A stretch of DNA of 64,000 nucleotides, taken from positions 2,806-66,805 of the forward strand of contig JAKASU010000003.1 of the NCBI GenBank assembly GCA_021818925.1, read 5' to 3'. The translations under genes were made by a program, and so were the position numbers. Shown one piece after another: positions 19,082 through 28,432 of the stretch (its first letter is position 1; each line of letters opens with the position of its first letter). This DNA is from Candidatus Micrarchaeota archaeon (GTDB lineage: Archaea > Micrarchaeota > Micrarchaeia > Micrarchaeales > CABMGC01). Under the pieces are notes generated by a model. That model ran no database searches and was not told the DNA's origin. It saw only the letters and a program-made list of their open reading frames with translations.

Positions 19082-19642
19082 ATGCAGGCACTTATAATCT
19101 CAGGCATGCCAGCCGCGGGCAAGACGGTAACTGCACATGTGATAGCGAAGAAACTTGGCATAACTTCTGTTGGGGGCGGCGACGTCCTCAAGGAGATGGC
19201 CAGGGAGAGGGGCTATAAGATCACCGGCGAGGGCTGGTGGGACACGCCAGATGGCATCAGATTCCTGCGCGAGAGAGAGGCAAATGCGGATTTCGACAAG
19301 GAGGCAGACAGGCGTATGATAGCAAAGATAGAGAAGGGAAGCATAGTCGTTACAAGCTACACCATGCCGTGGCTGTCAAAACATGGGATAAAATGCTGGC
19401 TGAACGCAACGCAGCAGACCAGAGCGAAGAGGATGGCTGTCAGAGACGGCATGGACGAGTCCAAGGCGCGGGAGATAGTCGGTATACGGGACAAGGAGAA
19501 CTACGAGCTGTACAAGAAAGTATACGGGATAGAGCTCGGCAGGGACATGAAACCATTTAATATTGTTCTCGATGTAAACAATATCACGATCGAAGTCGCT
19601 GCTGACGAGATAATTAAGCAGTCAAAGAGATACGAAGTTTAG
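19082..19642 (+). CDS. cmk: cytidylate kinase (archaeal type)
   Basis: MQALIISGMPAAGKTV P-loop start. The longer ORF-track version (18959) overlaps L34e out of frame. Confidence 0.85.
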   Translation: MQALIISGMPAAGKTVTAHVIAKKLGITSVGGGDVLKEMARERGYKITGEGWWDTPDGIRFLREREANADFDKEADRRMIAKIEKGSIVVTSYTMPWLSKHGIKCWLNATQQTRAKRMAVRDGMDESKAREIVGIRDKENYELYKKVYGIELGRDMKPFNIVLDVNNITIEVAADEIIKQSKRYEV

Positions 19643-19651
19643 GCGAAAGTA

Positions 19652-19909
19652 ATGTCACTAGTCGAAGTTGGAAGAGTTTGTGTAAAGAAGTTCGGCAGGG
19701 ATGCAGGCAAGAGGGCGGTGGTAACGAAGGTTATAGACAGCAACTTCGTCCAGATAATGACCTCTGTCAGGCTCAAGAACAGAAGGTGCAACGTCAGGCA
19801 CCTCGAATTCCTATCTGAGAAGATCGACGCCTCAAACAAGGAACAACTGTCCAAGGCGCTTGAGATAGACGCTTCACAAATGGAAGCCCGTCCCTCTGCA
19901 AAGCCATAA
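19652..19909 (+). CDS. rpl14e: 50S ribosomal protein L14e
   Basis: VEVGRVCVKKFGRDAGKRAVVTKVID KOW-like motif. Confidence 0.9.
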   Translation: MSLVEVGRVCVKKFGRDAGKRAVVTKVIDSNFVQIMTSVRLKNRRCNVRHLEFLSEKIDASNKEQLSKALEIDASQMEARPSAKP

Positions 19910-20231
19910 GCGCTGAGAAGAAATCACCATTTCCGTCTCCTCTCATCTCTTCCGCTAACTTTTTGGTTACGTACGAGAAGAGTTCAAACCCTGCAGATGT
20001 AGGAGTGCCCCAAGTGACGTGCGCGAGCACCGCACACGCGCCGGATTCAGCAAGGGCCACGTAACCGAGCACCTTGTAACCCTTCCACTTGGTAAACCTT
20101 TCGTTGGATTCGCTGTTCGGATCCACTATCTCTTTTACAACGTATTTGGCAGCCCTGCGTCCCGTCTCCACCGTAGTTATGACTCTGGTTGGTATTGACA
20201 TTCTCTTCCCCGCAAAGTGTAGGTTTTCCAT
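19794..20231 (-). CDS. hypothetical 145-aa protein whose 3' end overlaps rpl14e
   Basis: Long ORF with no family recognised. The last 38 codons lie antisense to rpl14e. Start may be the M at 20201. Confidence 0.4.
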   Translation of the reverse strand: MENLHFAGKRMSIPTRVITTVETGRRAAKYVVKEIVDPNSESNERFTKWKGYKVLGYVALAESGACAVLAHVTWGTPTSAGFELFSYVTKKLAEEMRGDGNGDFFSALMALQRDGLPFVKRLSQAPWTVVPCLRRRSSQIGIRGA

Positions 20232-20333
20232 ATATAAATGGAATTCTCAACGGTTCGTCCATTGATTAACCGCCAAGTCAATAAACGAATCCAAACGAAT
20301 AAGAACTCTTTTTGCGGATCATATGTGACTGAC

Positions 20334-21641
20334 ATGGAGGTTAAAATTGGGGCCAAGGCGAAGAGCGTAATCAAAAGAGACAGCAGAGTGATTTTTACTA
20401 CAACAAGAGAGGATTTCCCGCTCGTAGCAGACCACGGCAGCGGCGATTTCCTCTATGATATAGAAGGCAACAGGTTCATCGACTTCTCCAGCTTTGTCAG
20501 CTGCTACAATCTCGGCGTAAACGCAAACGCGCAGGTACGCAATGCTGCGAAGAAGCAGATCGACAGGCTGATGCACGGCATGTTCATGGACTATTACGAG
20601 GAACAGCCGGTCAAGCTCGCAGAGAAGCTCGTAAGCATGCTGCCTCCTGGCTTCGGAAGGGTGTTCTTCTCCAACTCGGGCACCGAGGCAAACGAGGACG
20701 CCATAAAGCTGGTGAAGCTCTTTACCAAAAGGCGCCACATCATCGCATTCTACGGGGCGTTCCATGGCAGATCAATGGGGGCACTTGGGCTAACGGCTTC
20801 AAAGACCGCGCACCGCGCGCATTTCGGCCCGTTCGTAAACGTCTCACACGCACCGTATCCTGACCCGTACAGGTTTGATGGAGACGCAGAGGAATGCTCG
20901 CAGGCGAGCATCGATTTCATAGAGAAAAACATACTCGCAAAGGAGATCCCGCCAGACGAGGTCGCAGCGATATTCTTCGAACCGGTGCAGGGCGAGGGCG
21001 GTTACATAGTCCCTCCGCGCGGTTTCTTCAAGGAACTCAGGAAGCTTGCTGACAGGCACGGCATCCTTCTCGTCGACGACGAGATACAGGCCGGATACAT
21101 GCGAACAGGCAAGTTCTTGGCACTCAGCAACTTCGGCACTGTTGCAGATATTTACACCTTCGCAAAATCGTTCGGCGCAGGATTTCCCCTGGCAGCTACG
21201 GTAGCAAGGAAGTCGCTTGGCGACACGCCCTCAGGATCTCACGCCGGCACGTTCGGAGGTAACCTTGTAGCATCAGCCGCCGCGACCGCCTCTCTCGACT
21301 ACATAAAACGTAACATGCGTAGCCTGCAGCGCGGTATTGTGAGAAAGGGAGCAACGATAATGAAGAGGATGAACGAGCTCAGGGAGACGTACGAGTATGT
21401 CGGTGATGTCCGCGGCATAGGGTTGATGATAGGAGTCGAGTTCGTGAAATCGAAGGACACGAAGGAGTATGCTCCGAAGGAACGCGACAGGGTCATAATG
21501 AGCTGCTTCAAGAAGGGCCTGTTGGTGCTGCCCGCGGGCCGATCTTCAATGAGGATAATACCTCCACTTACAGTATCTGACAGCAGCGTAGAAAAGGGGC
21601 TTGATGTGCTTGAAGAAACGATCAAAGAGAACTCGAAGTAG
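20334..21641 (+). CDS. class III pyridoxal-phosphate aminotransferase (acetylornithine/4-aminobutyrate type)
   Basis: SNSGTEANEDAIK, DEIQAGYMRTGKF, and TFAKSFGAG with the PLP lysine. The ATG at 20334 is preferred over 20238. Confidence 0.88.
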   Translation: MEVKIGAKAKSVIKRDSRVIFTTTREDFPLVADHGSGDFLYDIEGNRFIDFSSFVSCYNLGVNANAQVRNAAKKQIDRLMHGMFMDYYEEQPVKLAEKLVSMLPPGFGRVFFSNSGTEANEDAIKLVKLFTKRRHIIAFYGAFHGRSMGALGLTASKTAHRAHFGPFVNVSHAPYPDPYRFDGDAEECSQASIDFIEKNILAKEIPPDEVAAIFFEPVQGEGGYIVPPRGFFKELRKLADRHGILLVDDEIQAGYMRTGKFLALSNFGTVADIYTFAKSFGAGFPLAATVARKSLGDTPSGSHAGTFGGNLVASAAATASLDYIKRNMRSLQRGIVRKGATIMKRMNELRETYEYVGDVRGIGLMIGVEFVKSKDTKEYAPKERDRVIMSCFKKGLLVLPAGRSSMRIIPPLTVSDSSVEKGLDVLEETIKENSK

Positions 21642-22131
21642 GAGGAGTGCCGTATCAAACCAGGTCTCAGCTGGGGCGATAGTCTTCTCGATAAAGAACA
21701 GGCAGATACTGGTTCTGCTTCTGGTCCAAAACAACGAGTTCTACGGAAGAAGCACAAAGGCAGAGACCATCGACATCGGCCCCAAGGGGCATCTTGAACG
21801 TGGCGAGAGCCTGCTGCATGCGGCGCACCGCGAAATAAAGGAGGAACTTGGGATTGGTCTGCATCTGGATACGAACTTCAAAGACTCTATAGAGTATAAA
21901 TTCGAAGAGACGGATAGGAAGACTGGAAAGAAGATGAAAGTGAACAAGAAGGTAATCTACTATGTCGCGTTCCTAAACTATCACGAGAGAAAAAACATAG
22001 TGCTTTCGGAGGAGCATAAGAGAAGCATTTTCCTACCGATCGACGAAGCTATAAAGTACGTGCCGTACGAAAACTCAAAACAGGTGCTTAACAACGCCAA
22101 AACCTACATAACACTGAAGTACCTCACATGA
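21604..22131 (+). CDS. NUDIX hydrolase
   Basis: Nudix box GHLERGESLLHAAHREIKEELGI. The start overlaps the aminotransferase 3' end. Confidence 0.8.
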   Translation: MCLKKRSKRTRSRRSAVSNQVSAGAIVFSIKNRQILVLLLVQNNEFYGRSTKAETIDIGPKGHLERGESLLHAAHREIKEELGIGLHLDTNFKDSIEYKFEETDRKTGKKMKVNKKVIYYVAFLNYHERKNIVLSEEHKRSIFLPIDEAIKYVPYENSKQVLNNAKTYITLKYLT

Positions 22132-25100
22132 AGTTCACGAGGTTGAACTGGCCCCTATTCTCCTCAACATTCAGCTCAAGGCTTCCGAACAGGTTGTCTA
22201 TCTCATCCTTTATCAGTGCAAGCCTCTGCTTCGTGTAGGTGTCAAGGTTGTATCTCTCTGCGAGGGCTATTGAGGTCTTGAGGTACTTCTCGATGCTGCC
22301 CTTTGATATGGTGAGTAGGAGCTTGCCTCCGCAGTTCGGTCTAGCGCATTTCCCGCTCAGCGGCACGCGCCTGTACTTGGAGTTGCAGCTTGCGCACCTG
22401 AACTGCTGCTTTGAGAATGAGTGCAGGTTGCCTATCAGGTCGCGTATGAAGTGGCCGTTTATCAGCCTCCTTGCCGCATCCCGCTTGTCTATCGACTCGA
22501 GCATGTCCATGATCCTGAACTCCGCGTATATCTTCTCGTCCATGGTCTTCAGTACCGTGTAGATGCTCTTCTTGGGCGAGTTCTTTACCGCGTCGATCGA
22601 GGAGGCGTGGGTGAAGCCCAGATTCACGAACGCTCCAGGGGTGCGCAGCCTGTTCTCCACGAGCTCGACCTGCGCCTCGGACGGCGAAACCCCTGCAAAT
22701 GTCTTGTTGTAGAACTCCAAGCCGTACGATTCAGTTACCTCCATCGCATGCACTTCGTCGTCCACCTCCTCCGGCATGACCCTGGTCATTAGCAGCAGAG
22801 GCTCGTCCATGGTGCCGCCTATGCTCACAGGTAGGTACTCCCTCGAGAAGTTGATCAGCGTGTCGAGGAGCAGCATGACCGTATCCTCGTCCCCATCCGC
22901 GTTCCTCCTTCTCGCCGATATCGTGTACGGGTGCGCCAGACCGACATTCGCATCGGTGAATCCCACGATCCTGTTCAGTATAGAGCAGGAAGTGTGAGGC
23001 GAAAGCGTGAGCGCCAGCTGCCCTATGAGATCCTGGGTGCTGTTGGCGTTGTAGAACGCGCCAATCCCGTACAGGCGCTGCAGCATCTCGTCCACGAACT
23101 TGGATATGCTAAGCAGGTAATCCGCACCCTTCTTGTTGATTATGATGTCTTGGTGTTTGAGTTCGAGGAGCTGGTCATCGCTCTTTAGCTCGTTGCCCCG
23201 ATAGTCCTTGTTGTAGCCCATGCTCTTGAGTTTCTCCACGCTCACCCCTATTTCCTTCGGGTAGAAATGCGTTATTGGCATGTCCGTGGCGTCGAACCTT
23301 GCGGTACCGTCCTTGAATATCACCACATTGAACATCGAGCGCAGTATTCCCTTCTCTATAGGTTCCGCAATCCTGTTCTTGTTCATCAGCCCCTTTACCC
23401 CTTTAACAGTCTTCGGCAATCTCGGAGAGCCAAGTTTGACCACAGCGCTGGATACGAGTTTTGAGAAATCTATCTCCCGCTGCTCAAAAGAGACCGTTTC
23501 GCTTCCGCATCTCACGCAGGTCGCGCTTTCCTGCCTCGTTCCGCATTTGGGGCATGTGTATTCTATGCTCGCACGCTTGTTGCAGTTGTAGCAGTACGGA
23601 GAGTCGAGCCTGCTTCCGCATGATTTGCATACGTATCTGGCGAGATCGACCCTTGTGCCTTGGCCGGCGAACCTCTTTGCTTCGGAGGCGTAGGCGTTTG
23701 CGATGTTCCTCTCCTTGCCTCCTACATATCCTACTGGAAAGAGAACGTTCGGAGCGGGGACCATGAGCCTCTCTCCTGCCTTTTCCGGTCTTCCGATCCT
23801 GGCGCCTATGAAAGTAGACCTTTTCATCAGCTTTACGATGGAGAGCGAGTTCAGCATCGCAAGCGCGCTTTCCTGCTTCGTCTCGTACCTATCAGCGACA
23901 TCGCCGCGTATGCTTCCTGACCTGTCCTGCACGAAGCCGAACGACAGCAGCAGGCTCTTGGCATAGTCCTTCGTTATCTTTATGTCCTCTTTTTCAGGTG
24001 TGGCCGGCACCATCATTAGTTCCAGCGTCTTGTTCAGTTCCTCATTAGTTGCCGCATCCTTAAGCAAGAGCCCCTCTGTCTTCGCGAGCGTCGTGCCCTG
24101 CTCTATGCTCTTCGCTATCGTCTGAGCCAGGATTCGTAGCTGTTCGTTGCTCACTGCCTGAAACTCAAAGAGGAACTTCGGATGCAGGGGGATGTTGTAC
24201 TTCATGGAGATGTCGAACGCCTCATCAAAAGAAATATTGTCGTGGTCTATGGCGTCTTTGTACCCCGCAGCCCTCAGCTCAGCCTCCCACAGCTCATCAA
24301 CGTAGCTGCTGGGCTGCAGCGGCGTGTTCGTTTTCTTGAAATCCCCGTATGTGATGAGTATGTCTCCTAGGGATATTATCTTGACAATGTCCTTCCTTAT
24401 TCGCAATGCGGTTGACGCGTCGTTCACACGCATGGTTTCGCCTGACCTGAGCTTTACGAAGGGACCTTCTATCGAGTCAACGGGCGCCGCAACGCACCCC
24501 TTTCCAGGAAGCTCTACCATCAGCTGAGTCCCAACCCCGATGAAGTCGTCCAGCACTATCATAGTGGCAGGGCTGAAACCCTTGGCCGCAATTCCGGTCA
24601 TCCTGCTTCTTCCGTACCTGAGCCTGAAGCCTCCGAAGTGCTTCGGATAGGCGAGCACCGGCCTTCCCGCAACAAGTTTCTCCAGGAACACTGCGGTTTC
24701 GGCCTTCGGGCTGTCCTCGCTCTTCTTGACCTTGTCAACTGTTATTATGCTATCGAGCCAGCCCCAGTCAAGCCCCGCCCTTTTCACCTCCCTCGAGACG
24801 CTCTTCGCCTTCTGGGCGATGCTGCTGACAACGAGGGGCACTCCTCCGCGTATCCTGTTTGTTATCGCCACATCCTTGCCTCCGAATCCCTTTCTGGAGA
24901 GGTTTGCGTGAACGCTTATCTCTACGTCTTCGGTCGGCACACCTTCAACGCAGACTGGGCAGTTGCCGACTATGGCTCGTATCTGGTCCGGGCTTGGCTT
25001 GTACTGAAGCGGCACCACGCGTTCGTGGTATATCTCCACCTCCTCAACATACCTCTCTATCTCGTCCTTTGTCGCCCTGTAGTCCCCTATATTGAAGAAC

Positions 25101-25582
25101 TTCCTTGCGTAGTCGGCGAAGGCCACAGACATCGCCACCGACGTTCCTCCTGCGCTCCTTATAGGCCCCGCGTAGAAGACCGCTATGTAGTCTGAGTTGT
25201 CCGGATTCCTGTAGTGCGAGACGTACTGCACACCTTCCGTAGGTGCAACGAGCACCCCGTCTGTCATGAGGGCGAGCGCGACCTTCACCGCAAGCTCTAT
25301 CCTCTTGATCGTTTCGTAGCCCGAGTACGCGTCGCTTGTGCATATCTCCTTTATCGTTGTGAATATCAGCTCGCTTCTTGTCTTGCCCTTCTGGTTCCTT
25401 GAGATCATCTCGGCTATGCCCTGCACGCCTATCAGCCCCTCGACCCTCTCGGCTATTCCAGGAGCCACCTTGACCTCCACATAGGGCTTCGGGTCGAATC
25501 CCACTTCCTTGGCCCTGCTGGCTACATTGTAAACAATCTCGAACTGCTTCTCCAGCGACTCAAAATACTCCTCTGTGTTCAA
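22124..25582 (-). CDS. polC: DNA polymerase II (PolD) large subunit DP2
   Basis: 1152 aa, no intein. Cysteine clusters (CKSCGSRLDSPYCYNCN, CPKCG...CVRCG, CASCNSKYRRVPLSGKC) and DP2-specific blocks. Confidence 0.95.
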   Translation of the reverse strand: MNTEEYFESLEKQFEIVYNVASRAKEVGFDPKPYVEVKVAPGIAERVEGLIGVQGIAEMISRNQKGKTRSELIFTTIKEICTSDAYSGYETIKRIELAVKVALALMTDGVLVAPTEGVQYVSHYRNPDNSDYIAVFYAGPIRSAGGTSVAMSVAFADYARKFFNIGDYRATKDEIERYVEEVEIYHERVVPLQYKPSPDQIRAIVGNCPVCVEGVPTEDVEISVHANLSRKGFGGKDVAITNRIRGGVPLVVSSIAQKAKSVSREVKRAGLDWGWLDSIITVDKVKKSEDSPKAETAVFLEKLVAGRPVLAYPKHFGGFRLRYGRSRMTGIAAKGFSPATMIVLDDFIGVGTQLMVELPGKGCVAAPVDSIEGPFVKLRSGETMRVNDASTALRIRKDIVKIISLGDILITYGDFKKTNTPLQPSSYVDELWEAELRAAGYKDAIDHDNISFDEAFDISMKYNIPLHPKFLFEFQAVSNEQLRILAQTIAKSIEQGTTLAKTEGLLLKDAATNEELNKTLELMMVPATPEKEDIKITKDYAKSLLLSFGFVQDRSGSIRGDVADRYETKQESALAMLNSLSIVKLMKRSTFIGARIGRPEKAGERLMVPAPNVLFPVGYVGGKERNIANAYASEAKRFAGQGTRVDLARYVCKSCGSRLDSPYCYNCNKRASIEYTCPKCGTRQESATCVRCGSETVSFEQREIDFSKLVSSAVVKLGSPRLPKTVKGVKGLMNKNRIAEPIEKGILRSMFNVVIFKDGTARFDATDMPITHFYPKEIGVSVEKLKSMGYNKDYRGNELKSDDQLLELKHQDIIINKKGADYLLSISKFVDEMLQRLYGIGAFYNANSTQDLIGQLALTLSPHTSCSILNRIVGFTDANVGLAHPYTISARRRNADGDEDTVMLLLDTLINFSREYLPVSIGGTMDEPLLLMTRVMPEEVDDEVHAMEVTESYGLEFYNKTFAGVSPSEAQVELVENRLRTPGAFVNLGFTHASSIDAVKNSPKKSIYTVLKTMDEKIYAEFRIMDMLESIDKRDAARRLINGHFIRDLIGNLHSFSKQQFRCASCNSKYRRVPLSGKCARPNCGGKLLLTISKGSIEKYLKTSIALAERYNLDTYTKQRLALIKDEIDNLFGSLELNVEENRGQFNLVNFM

Positions 25583-25589
25583 GCGACCA

Positions 25590-27116
25590 CTACATCTCGT
25601 TGAAATCCATCACGCTTATCTTTGCGCTCCGCGCCTCGTAGATCGGCAGCAGTCCCGGAGACGGTACGTGCCCCTGCTTGATCTGGTAGCCGGTTCTGCC
25701 CTGCCATGTGCCACTGTTTATCAGCAGCGTGCCGTGGTAGGCGTCGTAGCCATTCTTGTGAATATGGCCCATGTGAAGTATGTCTGGAACCTCGTTTATC
25801 ACCAGCGCGTCGTTCTTGCTGGGCACGACGATGTTGCCTCCGTATATCGGCGACAGGTGCCTCCTCTTAAGTATCTCCTTCATTGCTGTTGTTGGCTCGC
25901 CATAGCTGCAGCCTGGTATGCTTCTTATCACGGAGTCGAGCGAGGTTCCGTGATATGCAAGTATCTTCACCCCATGCAGGTTCAGGTAGCAGGGATTGGT
26001 CATCATGTGAACGTTCTCACGTTTGAAATCCTTCAGGAAGCCGTTGCCCACCTTCGGCTGCGGTTCCGCCCTCTGCACCGCGTCGTGGTTCCCTGGTATG
26101 ACAAAGACCTCTATGTAGTCTGGTATGCTCTGCATGAAATCAAAGAAGACGGAGTACTGCTTGTAGATGTCGTCTATCGCAAGCTCACTGTCCTGATCAG
26201 GATAAATCCCGATCCCGTCCACGAGGTCGCCCGCCACCACCAAGTATTTTATCTTCTCCGCAAGGTCCTTCCTGTTGTCCACACTCCCGTTTATCCATTC
26301 CAAGAACTTACCGAACTGCTTCTGCATGAAGAGCTTATGGCCGACATGCACGTCAGACAGCAGAGCAATGGCAACGTCTTCTTCGCTTCTTGCCTGCTGA
26401 TGCAGCGGGACGTCAGGCCACAACATCCTGTTCGCTATTATTAACGAGTTCCATGTCTTGCCCTTGACCGCTATGACATCGTCCTTCATCAGTTTCGAGG
26501 CGGAATCGTAGAGTTCGTTCTGTTCGTCCTTCGTTTTTCTGGAAGGTTTCATGAACAGCACCTTCACCGTGCCGCTCTCGTCCTCCAGGTTTATCATCAC
26601 ATTGCCCTTGGCTGTGACAACCTTGTCGTAGACCATGCCCACCACGGCGAGGTCTCTGCCGCTCATGTAGCCCTTCACGCTTTCTATGCTGTTTACCACT
26701 CCGCCGAACCCTGTTCCATAGGAGCGCAGTATCTCCCTCAGTCTCGCAAACCTGTCCTGGAAATAGTCTACAAAATCGGTCACGCTCGACGATGTTCTCT
26801 CCACCCTTACGTCCCTCGCCCTGTACTCCGGTTCTATGTCCTTGGCCGCTGGCTTGAAGTCGTTGGACCTTATCACCTCTATCTGCATCGGCTCCTTCTT
26901 CATAGTCATGCCCACCATTATCTCCTCAAGCTCCTTCCTGCCAAGGATCTTGCTTGCCGAGTCCTGGTATCGATCAATCACGCTGGCCACAAGCGATTCC
27001 ATGTCCACGTCGCGCAGGTCCGCATCTGTTATATCTGAGCTGATTATCGCCTTGCCGCTCAGCCTTGAGACAAAGTCGAGCAGAGCACCCCTCCCCACGC
27101 AAGAACCCCAAAACAA
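25590..27116 (-). CDS. polB: DNA polymerase II (PolD) small subunit DP1 (calcineurin-like phosphoesterase domain)
   Basis: LLSDVHVG, VVAGDLVDG and GNHD motifs plus an OB fold. 7 nt upstream of DP2. Confidence 0.93.
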   Translation of the reverse strand: MFWGSCVGRGALLDFVSRLSGKAIISSDITDADLRDVDMESLVASVIDRYQDSASKILGRKELEEIMVGMTMKKEPMQIEVIRSNDFKPAAKDIEPEYRARDVRVERTSSSVTDFVDYFQDRFARLREILRSYGTGFGGVVNSIESVKGYMSGRDLAVVGMVYDKVVTAKGNVMINLEDESGTVKVLFMKPSRKTKDEQNELYDSASKLMKDDVIAVKGKTWNSLIIANRMLWPDVPLHQQARSEEDVAIALLSDVHVGHKLFMQKQFGKFLEWINGSVDNRKDLAEKIKYLVVAGDLVDGIGIYPDQDSELAIDDIYKQYSVFFDFMQSIPDYIEVFVIPGNHDAVQRAEPQPKVGNGFLKDFKRENVHMMTNPCYLNLHGVKILAYHGTSLDSVIRSIPGCSYGEPTTAMKEILKRRHLSPIYGGNIVVPSKNDALVINEVPDILHMGHIHKNGYDAYHGTLLINSGTWQGRTGYQIKQGHVPSPGLLPIYEARSAKISVMDFNEM

Positions 27117-27207
27117 TTAGCCTTAGCTTCTTTCACAGAAATCTTATATAAGGCTTATGCGCACGGGGGAACATTTCCATACAAGAAAAAGGAAAACGGT
27201 TCAAGAC

Positions 27208-27477
27208 TCAGTCCTTGACTGATTCGAGCATGCTGAGAATGTTCCAGATCACCGTTCGTGCGTACGGCGGCAGGTTTATGTCGTTGCTTACCTCGTCTAT
27301 CTTGTACGTCGCGCTTGATGACTTGACCGAATAGTTGCCCTCGCCCTGCGAGAGCGCCTTCTTGGCCTCCTCCAGCGCAGCCTTCACGTTCCTGGGCACG
27401 CTGTTGTCGTTCAGCAGTATGTCGATCTGTTGCTTTATCTGAGCAATTGTCTCATCGTGTTTCTTATCGTCCGACAT
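27208..27477 (-). CDS. UPF0147-family small protein
   Basis: NDNSVPRNVKAALEEAKKAL ... DEVSNDINLPPYARTVIWNI matches the archaeal UPF0147 pattern. Confidence 0.7.
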   Translation of the reverse strand: MSDDKKHDETIAQIKQQIDILLNDNSVPRNVKAALEEAKKALSQGEGNYSVKSSSATYKIDEVSNDINLPPYARTVIWNILSMLESVKD

Positions 27478-27488
27478 CTAATCACCAA

Positions 27489-27578
27489 CGGGCCCGGCGG
27501 GATTTGAACCCGCGACCTTCAGCTTGCTTTGCACATGCGTAGAAGGCTGTTGCTCTATCCAAGCTGAGCTACGAGCCC
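27489..27578 (-). tRNA. tRNA-Arg(TCT) with a 15-nt intron at the canonical 37/38 position
   Basis: Hand-folded. Acceptor GGGCTCG/CGGGCCC; D arm GCTC-AGCTTGGATA-GAGC; anticodon stem ACAGC/GCTGA. Loop CTTCTA[CGCATGTGCAAAGCA]A; T arm GCGGG-TTCAAAT-CCCGC. No encoded CCA. Isotype is less certain than tRNA identity. Confidence 0.8.
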
Positions 27579-27585
27579 AGGATAG

Positions 27586-28344
27586 TCATATGTAAAACAG
27601 CCTTCTTATGTTTTCTGTTGTTTTTGCCGCAACTTCTTCCAACGAAACGCCCTTTAGCTCAGCGATAGTTTCGCAAACCCCGATTACATCAGCAGGCGTT
27701 TCTCCAACGATTGGGGAATCAGTCTCAGCGACAAGGTTACTTAGGCTGACCTCCTTTATAATCCTTTTCCTCTTTCCAGTCAAAGCCGGAGGTATCGAGA
27801 TAAAATAGCCCTTTTTCGCAAGCTCGAGAGCCTGCGTCTCGTCCCCCTCAAAGAAGTGAAACAGCGCCTTTTCCACATGCGTTTCCGCCAGTATCCTTGC
27901 AACCTCGTCGAGCGCGCCCCTCGAGTGTATGACAACTGGCATGTCCAGCCTTCTCGCTATCTCAGCCTGCTTCGCGAAGAGCTCTTTCTGAAGTCCGATA
28001 TCGTTCTTGTCAGCGACCTTTACGTCTATGCCCACCTCTCCTATTCCCACTATCTTCATGCTGTTCCTTATCAGGCCCTCGATCTCTACCACATATCCGG
28101 AGTCAGAAGTTGCGAAATCCGGTCCTATGCCTATCACGGTGAAAATATGCTCCCGTTCCGCGATCTTTATGCACTCGAAGTTGTCCTTCGCGCTGCCCCC
28201 GGCAGTTATTATCGTCCCGATCCCCTTCTCCCTTGCTTTTCTGACTGTTTCCTGGGGATCTTGGAACAGGTTGAGATGGCAGTGAGCGTCAGCGAATTCA
28301 AGATGTGTTGGAACTCGTAATTTTTCAACAGTCAGAGACTGCAT
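27586..28344 (-). CDS. TatD-family metal-dependent hydrolase/DNase
   Basis: FADAHCHLN, IGEVGID, VVIHSR and ETDSP motifs. The start at M (28344) is preferred over 28392. Confidence 0.85.
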   Translation of the reverse strand: MQSLTVEKLRVPTHLEFADAHCHLNLFQDPQETVRKAREKGIGTIITAGGSAKDNFECIKIAEREHIFTVIGIGPDFATSDSGYVVEIEGLIRNSMKIVGIGEVGIDVKVADKNDIGLQKELFAKQAEIARRLDMPVVIHSRGALDEVARILAETHVEKALFHFFEGDETQALELAKKGYFISIPPALTGKRKRIIKEVSLSNLVAETDSPIVGETPADVIGVCETIAELKGVSLEEVAAKTTENIRRLFYI

Positions 28345-28432
28345 ATGCTGTGCCACACCATCACCAAACTGCCAACTAATACAGCAGTTCATATAAAAGC
28401 AGTTTAGCTATTAATGGCTTCTCATCGGTGAG

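Noticed and set aside
18959-19642. The long forms of cmk (from 18959), cgi121 (from 41743), sua5 (from 45215) and rpoD (to 61570).
   Set aside because: In each case the extension overlaps a well-supported neighbour (L34e, S8e, the SRP RNA) or an intergenic promoter region. The family-typical N-terminus begins at an internal ATG.
27117-27207. A possible replication origin next to the PolD operon, as in Pyrococcus where oriC-cdc6-DP1-DP2 are linked.
   Set aside because: There is no cdc6/orc1 gene, and the intergenic regions are under 100 nt with no ORB-like repeats. Only a palindromic TATA-like CTTATATAAG was seen.
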